A DNA stretch of 64,000 bases from Candidatus Latescibacterota bacterium. GTDB taxonomy: Bacteria; Latescibacterota; UBA2968; UBA8231. A program made the translations under genes and the position numbers. Below, piece after piece: positions 21,322-31,400 of this stretch (the stretch's first letter is position 1; every line of letters starts with the position of its first letter). The DNA is taken from positions 800,001 through 864,000 of the forward strand of contig CBDCXV010000009.1 in assembly GCA_965223905.1 (NCBI GenBank), read 5' to 3'. The notes below the pieces were generated by a model. It searched no databases, was not told the DNA's origin, and was given only the letters and a program-made list of their open reading frames with translations.

Positions 21322-21519
21322 TGGGTCTATCCGGGTTTTTCAACGCCGAATCGGGACAATGCCTGCCAGGAGGGTTTACAGACGACGCTGGGGTTGTTAT
21401 TGGGCTTGTCAAACTGGTAGATAGCCATATTACCCCAGAGATCCAAGAAAAAGCAGAAAAAAGGCTGAGAGAATTTTTCCCGGACGAAGGTCCTCCACAA
21501 GCATAGAGAAAGGGAAACG

Positions 21520-21756
21520 ATGACACCACAAGAAGAACAGGAACTATTTGCCCGAATAGATGCCATTGAAGCGGTCTTAAATTCTGTCTCCTGGATGATT
21601 TTGAAAAGTCTAAACCCACAAGATACAAAGAGAGCATTTGCAGATATGTGCAATGAACTTAGAAAAGCACTGTCAGATCCCACATTCGGAGCACGGCAAA
21701 AAAGAGCAATAGAAAAGCAAATATCTATGCTTGAAAAACTGGGTGATTCTCTTTAG
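21520..21756 (+). CDS. hypothetical protein, AT-rich island
   Basis: ATG preceded by AAGGGA; 78 aa; low GC compared with flanks. Confidence 0.5.
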   Translation: MTPQEEQELFARIDAIEAVLNSVSWMILKSLNPQDTKRAFADMCNELRKALSDPTFGARQKRAIEKQISMLEKLGDSL

Positions 21757-21886
21757 AAGTCTCTTTGATGTATTCATTCAAAAAAAACCTAACGGCATTG
21801 ATTAAATCTTTTCTCTGAAAGCCGAAAGATTTATAGTCTTCCTCGCCCCCGGTTCCTTGTGAATCGGGGTTTTTTTGTTGTTCCAT
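21725..21886 (-). CDS. small hypothetical protein (53 aa, MEQQKNPDSQ...), not in the ORF track
   Basis: AAGGAG 6 nt before ATG; open for 53 codons; converges on and overlaps 21520-21756. Confidence 0.4.
   Translation of the reverse strand: MEQQKNPDSQGTGGEEDYKSFGFQRKDLINAVRFFLNEYIKETSKENHPVFQA
21847..21876 (+). terminator. intrinsic terminator
   Basis: CCCCGGTTC-CTTGT-GAATCGGGG stem-loop followed by T7. Confidence 0.55.
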
Positions 21887-22535
21887 TTCATACTCCTTGA
21901 AAGGGGGTTAAAATGTTGTATAAGTCCATCATTACAACCATCGGCGTTCTGATTTTCAGAGAGGCCGGGATCTACGTCTGCCGAAAGGCATCGGAAAGGC
22001 TGTATACGGAGAGGCTATTAGTTTAAAGAATCATTCTTCTGCAACTCCGTATCCCCCCCCTTGATCCACCTGAGTAAATCGGCGATCTGCTACGGCTCAC
22101 AGTGCTGTAGCCTGCAACTGCTGAAACCGGCAGGTTTCGGGCAAACAGCGCAAAACAGGCCGATTGTAGCGGGGTTTATAGTTACCATCTTGATCGCGCC
22201 GCCGGCTTCGGGGGCGCGGTGCGGTCGCTGTCCCGGATATGGGGCGCCGGAGCCCCGGGGCAGCGAAGGCGATGGCGCCGCCGGCTTCTCCAGTGGTTCC
22301 GGGCGGCCGCAGAAGATGGCCGGTCCCATGCGGCCGTTAAGCTACAGCCTTGTGCGTCTGTGCTTCCGGATCTTGTAATTCTTCTCTATCGAGATTGCCG
22401 TTACAACAAGACGTGCGGTAACGGTACGAGGCGATACTATTGAAATGCTCGGCGGCGTCTTGCTGTTTGACGCGGGGCTTCTCCCCTTCCAATGACAGAC
22501 GCAGGGCCGCGGGGGTTTTCCTCGTCAGCCTTGCT

Positions 22536-25450
22536 CTTCTCGAGCCCGTCGAGGAGGGGCTGCCGGGTTTCGCGGACCGCCTCCGGCCAGGTGCGACGCC
22601 GCCCCCTTGGCCCTGGTTGCCGCTGTTCCTCCCGGCCGGGCTTTCTGCCTGTCCGCGGGCTGCGGATCCCCGCTGAGATCCGACCGCACGGCCCCTTTCC
22701 AGTCTTGCCCTTTTGTGTCGCAAATTGAGACAGGCGTCGCATATCGCGACACATGGCCCTCACTGCCGCCCCTGGGTTTATATAACCCGTTTATAAACAG
22801 TTGGTTGAACAGTTGACCCCCCTTCAGGCGACCCCCGGGGCAGGCGCAGAAGTGTTTCAAAATGCGACACTCGCCCTCTTTTTCCTCGCTTCACTCCATA
22901 TGGGTTAACCCCTTTATATGCAAGTAGTTAGCTCCATTTCTTCCACGATGGCACAGTCTTTGCATACATCCACAGGATCCGAACGCGCAGGCACCCGGTG
23001 CGTTCCTGCCGGGGCTTCGGCAATCCCGGTCCTGCATGCGGCCGACCTTGCGACTGGAGAACCCCATCGATACTTCCCGCATCCTTGCCGCCCGTCGCTC
23101 CTGGGCCTCTTTCCCGGGTGCCGGCGGTTTCGGATGGCTGCTGGCGGTGCTCGGCTGTCTCGCGGCACCGGGGTCAGGCGCCGCCGCCGCCGCCGGGGCC
23201 GAGCCGCTGCTGGAGGGTCGGGTGCTTCTGTCTTCGGGCGCCCCGGCGGCCGGGGTGCGGGTGCGGCTGTTCGCCGAGCTGGGGCGTTCGCTGGGCGCCA
23301 CCGCGGATGAGAGCGGCTATTTCGCGCTGCCGCTGAACGCCCTGCGCAAGGCCGCGCCCCTTCCGGCGCGCCTGCGCCTGGGTCAGAACTACCCCAACCC
23401 GTTCAACCCCTCGACGATCATCCCGTATCAGCTGCCGGCCCCGGCGCGGGTGCGCCTGGAGGTGTTCAACATCCTGGGTCAGCGGGTGGCCACCCTGGTG
23501 GACGGGGCGCGGCCGGCCGGTTTTCACACGGCGACCTGGAACGGGACCGATGCCTCGGGGCGAGGCGTGGGCTCGGGGGTGTATCTGTACCGGCTTCTTG
23601 GGGGCGGGGAGCGCCTGACGCGGTCGATGGTGCTGCTGGACGGACCGGTGGTCCCGGCGGGTGGAGGGGGCTCCGGCGGGGCGGGGGATCCCTGGAGTGG
23701 AGGAGCCGACGGGGCGGGGGCACCCGCTGCAGGGACCGGCGCGGAGGCGGATGCAGGGAGCTTCGGCGGGGCCGACTCCTGGAGCGGGGCGGCAGGCACG
23801 GCGGGACACGCTGCGGAAAGCGAAGCGGATCCTTGGGGTGGGGCGGTGGGCTCGGCGGATGGGTTCGTTTCTGCGGGTCACCCTCCGGGGAGCGCCGCGG
23901 GTGGAGCGGTCTCCGGGGGTGCGGCCGATCCATCAGACAAGCCCGCAGGAGCAGGAGGTACCGGTCCGGAGAAGTGGGCTCCGGCCGGCGGAGCCGCCTC
24001 CGGGGGGGCGAGTGCAGCGGGTCCGACAGGCGGGATGGGAGCGAGGGCTTCGGCCCGCGGCGACGGGCGGGTCTACGGGCTGACGGTCTCGGGTCCGGGG
24101 CTGGTCCCCTGGGTCGACCCGGCCTTCCGGGTGGGAGCAGGACCGGTCGAGATTCAGGTTCAGCCGCTGTCATCCCGGCCTCGGGGCAAGGTGGCCGCAG
24201 GCGGCCTGCTGGGGGACGTCGACGGCAACGGCCGGGTCGATCTCGCCGACGCCCTGCTGGTCGCCTCGTACAGCGAGGACCCGACCCTGTCCCTGCCCAC
24301 CGGCGACATTTCTCTCGGCGACGTCAACGGGGACGGGCAGGTCAACCTGGCCGACGCCCGGCTCATCGAGGCCTACCACGCCGACCCGTCCGACCCGTCG
24401 CTGCCGGAAGGGATCGGCGCCCCGGTGGCCGCGGCGGATGCGCCGATGCTCTACTGGACGGACGCGGGCAGCGACCGGATTCAGCGGGCCCGCCTGGACG
24501 GCTCCGGGGTCGAGGACGTCGTCGACAGCGGCCTGGTCAACCCGCGCGGCCTGGCGGTGGACTCAGCGGCCGGCAAGCTCTACTGGAGCGACTACGGCAG
24601 CGACCGGATTCAGCGGTCCAACCTCGACGGCTCCGATATCGAGGACTTGGTGACCGCGGGCCTGCAGATCCCCCTGGCCCTGGCTCTGGACGCGGCCGGC
24701 GGCAAGCTCTACTGGACGGACAACGGCACCGACCGGATTCAACGGGCCAACCTCGACGGAACCGAAATCGAGGATCTCGTCACCGGCCTGCGGACCCCGT
24801 TGGGCCTGGCCCTCGACGCGGCCGCCGGCAAGCTCTACTGGACCGACAGCGGCGCCGACCGCATCCAGCGCGCTGAGCTCGACGGCAGCGAAATCGAAGA
24901 TCTGGTGACCGAGGGCCTGCAGATCCCCCGGGGGCTGGCCCTGGATACGGCCGGCGGCAAGCTCTACTGGGCCGACAGCGGCACAGATCGCATTCAACGC
25001 GCCAACCTCGACGGCACGGAAATCGAGGACCTGGTCACCACCGGTTTGGGCACGCCCCGGGGCCTGGCCCTCGACGTTTCTGCGGGCAAGCTCTACTGGG
25101 CCGACAGCAGCACCGACCGCATCCAGCGGTCCAACCTCGACGGCTCTGAAATCGAAGACCTGGTGACCGAGGGCTTGCTGAGCCCCCGGGGCCTGGCCCT
25201 TGCCCGGACTTTGTCCACGGACAACCAGGCCCCTGCCCTGGAGCCGCTGGCGGACCGCACCGCGGCAACCGGCGACTCGCTGACCCTCGAGCTTGCCGGC
25301 AGCGACCCGGACGGAGACGCCCTGACCTACACCGCTTCCTCCGGCGACGAAGCGGTGGCCACGGCGGAAGCCGCCGACTCCCTGGTGACTCTACGGCTGC
25401 TGGCCGTCGGCGAGACCGCCGTCACCGTGACCGCCCGCGACCCGGGGGGC
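22536..25450 (+). repeat. segmental duplication, copy 1 (promoter region plus 5' part of surface-protein gene); copy 2 at ~35103-37680
   Basis: Near-identical noncoding leader and coding start in both places; end coordinate approximate. Confidence 0.9.
22716..22964 (+). promoter_or_regulatory. sigma54 promoter with IHF-like site and three bEBP enhancer-like palindromes
   Basis: TGGCAC-AGTCT-TTGCA at 22949-22964; ATGCAAGTAGTTA at 22918-22930; TGTCGC-N5-GAGACA at 22716, CGTCGC-N5-GCGACA at 22735, TGTTTC-N5-GCGACA at 22853. Confidence 0.85.
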
Positions 25451-28400
25451 CTGCAGGCAACCCGAACCTTCACCGTCACCGTGCAGGCCTCCAACGAGCC
25501 CCCGCTCGCCGTGCCCTGGCTCTACTGGAGCGACGCGCGCACCGACCGCATCCAGCGCGCTGAGCTCGACGGCAGCGACATTCGCACCCTGGTCGGCGGC
25601 CTCGGACAGCCCCGGGACCTCGCCCTCGACCGGGACGGCGGCCGCATGTACTGGACCGACAGCGGCGCCGACAAGATCCAGCGCGCCCACCTCGACGGGT
25701 CGCGGGTCGAAGACCTGGTGACCGAGGGGTTGAAGGAGCCGTTCGGCCTCGCCCTCGATAAGGCCGGGGGCAAGATCTACTGGAGCGACTGGGGCACCGA
25801 CAAGATCCAGCGGTCCAACCTCGACGGCTCCGAAATCGAAGACCTCGTCGCCACCGGTCTGAACGAACCCTACGGCCTGGCCCTCGACCTGGAGGAAGGC
25901 AAGATCTACTGGACCGACTGGGGGGCGGACAAAATCCAACGGGCAAACCTCGACGGCTCCGAAGTCGAGGACCTGGTCACCGGCCTCAACCAGCCCCGGG
26001 GGATCGCCCTCGATCTGGAGGAGGGCCGCATGTACTGGCCCGACTGGGGCACGGACAAGATCCAGCGGGCGAATCTCGACGGCTCCGGTGTGGAAGACCT
26101 GGTCACCGAGGGCCTGAAGACCTCCCAGGCGATCGCCCTCGACCTGGAGGAGGGCCGCATGTACTGGACCGACTACGGCACCGACAAGATCCAGCGGGCC
26201 CACCTCGACGGCAGCCAGGTCGAAGACCTGGTCACTTCCGGCCTGAAGGAGCCCTACGGCCTGACCCTGGGCGCCGGCCTGCCGGCGCAGATCCTGAAAG
26301 TAGAGGGCGACGCGGCGACCCTGAACCTGGCCGGCCGTTTCCGCGACCCGGAGGGAGGCCCCCTGACCCTCACCGCCACTTCCAGCGACGAGGCGGTCGC
26401 CGCCGCGACTCTGGCCGACTCGGTGCTGACCATCGCCCCGGTCGCCCCCGGACAGGTGACCGTCGCGGTCACCGCCCGCGACCAAGGGGGCCGGCACACC
26501 ACTCTGCCGGTCCCGGTGACCGTGTATCCGGCCAACCGTCCCCCGGTGGCCCGGACCCTGGCCGACCGCAGGATCCGCATCGACCGGCCTGCCCGGGTCG
26601 ATCTGACAAGCGCCTTCACCGACCCGGACGAAACAGACGTGCTGACCTACACGGCCGCCTCGAGCAACGAGGCGGTGGCCACCGCAGCCGTCGAGGGGGT
26701 CGGGGTGCTGATCACCCCCAAGACCACCGGGCAGATGACCATCGCGGTGACCGCCCGCGACCCGGAGGGATTGGAGGCGAGCTTGAGCTTCAGAGTCACC
26801 GTCGAGCCCAAGCCGCCCCCCAAGCCGCCGCCCAGGCCTCCGTCGGACTCCAGCAGCAGCAACGACAGTGGCGGAGGAGGGGGTCCTGTAACCCCTCCGC
26901 GACCGCCGCCACCACCACCACCGCCGCCGCCGCCGCCCCCAGGTCCGAACAACGCCCCCACCTTCGACGAGGGCCCGGCCGCCACCCGCAGCGTCGCCGA
27001 AAACACCGGGGCGAACCGGAACATCCAGCACCCGGTCCGCGCCACCGACGACGGACACCGCCTGACCTACCGGCTCTCCGGCACTGACGAGGCCCGCTTC
27101 GCCGTCGTCTCCGGCAGCGGGCAGCTGCGCACCCGGTCCGGGGTCACCTACGACTTCGAAGCCAAGGACCGCTACGAGGTGACGGTGGAAGTCGACGACC
27201 CCTACGGCGGAACCGACGCCATCGACGTGACCGTGCACGTGGCCGACATCGACGAACCTCCCCAGGCCCCGGGCAGGCCTCAGGTCGACCCGGCTTCATC
27301 CACCAGCCTGACGGTAACCTGGACCGAGCCGGCCAACACCGGCCCCGACGTCCACGACTACGACGTGCAGTACCGCAAGAGCGGCAGCTTCCTCCCCTGG
27401 CCGCACACCGGCCCCGGCACCGCCGCCACGATCCCGGACCTGGAGGTCAACACCCGTTACGAGGTGCAGGTGCGGGCGCACAACGACGAAGGCGAGAGCT
27501 CCTGGTCCGCCTCCGGCTTCGGGACGACCAGCGCCAACCAGCGGCCGGTATTCGACGAATCCGCTCCGACGCGCAGCCTCGACGAGAACACCACCGGAAC
27601 ACAAGACATCGGCGCCCCGGTGAGGGCGACCGATCCGGAGAACACGGCGCTGACCTACCGCCTCTCCGGACGGGACGCGAGCTCCTTCACCCTCGACGAG
27701 AACAACGGCCAGCTGCGCACCCGCCCCGGCGTCGCCTACGACTTCGAAACCCGGAGTCGCTACTCGGTTACGGTGGAGGCAACCGACGAGCCGGGCGGCG
27801 GAACGACCGTCACCGTGACCATCGAACTGATCGACGACGACAACGAGCGGCCGGACCGGCCCGACCGGCCCACGGTGACAGCCTCGACGCTGAACAGTCT
27901 ATCCATTCGCTGGACCGCCCCGGCCAACACCGGTCCCGACATCCACGACTACGACGTGCAGTACAGCGAAGACGGCGGCACCTTCGGCGACTGGCCGCAC
28001 ACCGGACCGGGCACGAGCACGACGATCACCAGCCTGACCGCGGACACGCGCTACCAGGTGCAGGTGCTCGCGCGTAGCCCGGAAGGCGAGAGCCTCTGGT
28101 CCCAATCAGTTGAAGTGAGAACCGTCGCCAACCAGGCGCCCACGTTCAGCGAAGGATCGCGCACCTCGCGCAGTCTGGACGAGAACACCGCCGGGACGAA
28201 CGACATCGGCAACCCGGTGACCGCCACCGACAACGACGGAGGGACGCTGGACTACCGGCTCGCCGGCACCGACGCGGCCCACTTCGACCTCGACGCGAAC
28301 GACGGACAGCTCGAGACCCGATCAGGCGAGACCTACGACTTCGAGGAGAAGGCCCGCTACGAGGTGACGGTGCGCGTCGAGGACGGCCAGGGCGGCAGCA

Positions 28401-31400
28401 ACACCATCGAGGTGACGATCAATCTGAGAGACGAAACCGAACCGCCCGAGGACCCGGCAGCACCCAGCGTCTCGGCGGCCTCCTCGACCAGCCTGACGGT
28501 GACCTGGGCGGAGCCGGCCACTACCGGCCCCGACATCAGCGACTACGACGTGCAGTACCGCGAAGGGGACAGCGGCAGCTTTTCTTCCTGGTCCCACAAC
28601 AGCGCCGAGCGTACCGCCACCATCACCAGCCTGACCCCGGACACCGACTACCAGGTGCAGGTGCTGGCCCGCAACGCCGAAGGAGCCAGCGACTGGTCCT
28701 CCTCCGGCACGGGAAGCACCGACCCCAATCAGCTGCCGGTGTTCACCGACGGGTCGAGCGCCACCCGCCGCCTCGACGAGAACACCACCGGCGTTGAGGA
28801 CGTCGGCGATCTGGTCGGCGCTACCGACCCGGAGAACACCCCCCTGACCTACAGCCTCGAAGGCACGGATGCGGATGCCTTCGCCATTGACACACGCAGC
28901 GGCCAGTTGAGGACCGACGGGGACGAGACCTACGACTACGAGACGAAGCCCCGCTATGTTCTGAGGGTCAAAGCGACCGACGGGCATGGCCGCGATCGCA
29001 CCATCCCCGTGTTAATAAGCCTGAACGACCTCAACGAGGCTCCGGAGTTCATCAGCGACGCGGCCTTCGAGGCGGCGGAGAACCAGACCTTTGCCGGCCT
29101 GGTGGAAGCCGAGGACCTCGATGGCGCCGACCGCGTCACGAACTACACCCTCACCGGCGGGGCCGACCAGGACCGGTTCGAGATCAACAGCGCAGGGGTG
29201 CTGGCCTTCAAGGATGACCCCGACTTCGAGAAACCCGCGGATTCCGGGAGGAACAACACATACAATGTGGCGGTCACGGCCACCGGCGGCTCGGGAGGCC
29301 GCGCCCTGACCGCGGAACAAGCGATCACCGTCACCGTCACCGACGAGAACGAGCCGCCGGCTTTCACCAGCGACGATGCCTTCACGGTCAAGGAAAACGA
29401 GCGCTTCGCCGGCCGGGTTGCTGCCGGGGACGTCGATAGAGACGATGCCATCACCGGCTACGAGGTAACCGGCGGGGCCGACGGGAGCCGGTTCGAGATC
29501 GCCAATACCCACGAGTTGCGCTTCAAGGAGGATCCCGACTTCGAGCGGCCGGCGGATGCGGGAGGAAGCAACGAATACAGCGTGGTGGTAGAGGCCACCG
29601 GCGGCACCGGGATCCGGGAGCTGACCGCGACGCAGACGGTCACCGTCATCGTGGAGGATGTAGACGAGCCGCCGGGCAAGCCGGAGCCGCCGACCATAGC
29701 TGCCAGGAAGCGGAACAGTTTGACCGTGCGCTGGACGGCACCCGCCAACACCGGGCCGGACATTGCGGACTACGGGGGGCAATACGGAATAGCCGGCAGC
29801 GGTACCGTCGAGGGCGGCTGGGACCGCGTCGGCACGGCCACGGAGGCGACGGTCGACAATCTGTCTGCGGACACGGCCTACGAAATACAGGTGCGGGCGA
29901 CGAGTGCGGAAGGGAAGAGCGGCTGGTCGGAACCGGCGGAGGGACGGACCGAAGAGAACCGGGTTCCGGTTTTCGGCGAGGGGCCGAGCACGAGGCGCGA
30001 GCTCGCGGAGAACACGGCCGCCCATGTGAACGTCGGCCTGCCGGTGACGGCAACCGACGCCGACGCCGACAGGCTCATCTACAGCTTGGAACGCCCGGCA
30101 GAGAGCCCGTTCACCATCGATTCACCTAGCGGTCAACTCAAGACGAGAGACGGTGTGGCATACAATCACGAGGAGCAGTCCGAGCATGCGGTAACGGCGC
30201 GCGTGGAGGACGGCCATGGCGGCAGTGCGACGATTGTCGTGACCGTTGCCATTCTGGATGTCGAGAACTCCGCAATAACCGCGGATGCCGGATGGGACCT
30301 GACGGTGGCGGCCGGCGGAACCGGCTATCTGGACGGCACGGGCTCGAGCACCGAGGAAGGTGAGTTGAGCTGGTCCTGGTCGCTGCTCTCCTGGCCGGGA
30401 GACGACCCGCCGGCGCTGGACGACCCGGCCAGCCCGACCCCGTCGTTCGCCGCGGCCGCCGAGGGGACCTACGCCGTTCGGCTCGCGGTCAGCAACGGCA
30501 GCCAGAGCGCCAGCGACGAGGTGCTGGTCACGGTACGGCCATCGGCGGAGGCCGGCCTGCTGGTCACGGCCGACCTGTTGGCGGACACCAACCGGGACGG
30601 CCGGGTGGATCCGTCCGACGAGCCCGGCGAGAACACCTCGACCGAGGCTTCCGGAGCCCTGTTCGGTCTCAATGCGGATGATGATGACGGGGATGGGGTT
30701 CAGGACGGGTGGGACGATCGGGCGAACGGCGATGCGGACCTCCTGGACACGGCGCCCGTGGTGGTGAGGCGGATCTCCGGGCTGCACAGAAACCACTCCG
30801 TCGTGCTGGAAATGGCCTACCAGTCGGTGTTGCAGGACGAATTTGCCTGGACGTCCGTCGGCCCGCAATTGTTCTACCAACGGGCGGACGGCGACGTCGA
30901 GCTGTTGATTGCCGGCGGCGACCTGCGGGCGGAGCTACCGATCGATCAACTGGTTGCCGGCGACCTGCGCCTGTACATCGAGAGCCGGTTCGGACGACAC
31001 TTGCACTTCGATGGAAAGCTCTCGCTCACGCTGACCGTCCGGGACGGTGGATCCGCGATATCGCAGGACAGGGTCGTCCTGCGGGCGAGTCCGATCCTGT
31101 TCTCGCATCATCTGCAGCCCGCCGAGCGGGTGTTCGTGGTGGGAATCCCCGCCTGGGATTCTCTCTCCAACACGGCGCTCCTCGACGCCCTGGAGGCCCA
31201 TCTGCCCGCGTCGACCGAACTGTACCGGCTCGATTCCTCGACATACGATAACGACCGCTGGATTCAGGATTCCATGGAGACCGGCTATGTGCAGCGGCCT
31301 TCCGCCGCCGGAGTGGAGACGGCGGCGGTTCACACGCAGATGCTTCGCGGTCGCGGCCTCCATCGCTTCCTGCCGGAAGAGTATCTGAGCGCGGAAGTGG

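Noticed and set aside
22514-22530. Third hammerhead (minus-strand CUGACGA-G-GAAA)
   Set aside because: No stem II and no matching stems I/III; not conserved in the duplicate at ~35090
22540-22700. SRP-like or other structured ncRNA in the duplicated leader
   Set aside because: No exact SRP core motif; conservation is explained by recent duplication and I could not show covariation
24440-26270. Regularly spaced ~130-bp DNA repeats as CRISPR or noncoding array
   Set aside because: They are in-frame YWTD protein repeats with synonymous variation
26900-26942. CCG/CCA microsatellite as a contingency locus
   Set aside because: An in-frame poly-Pro linker with mixed codons; length change would not switch expression
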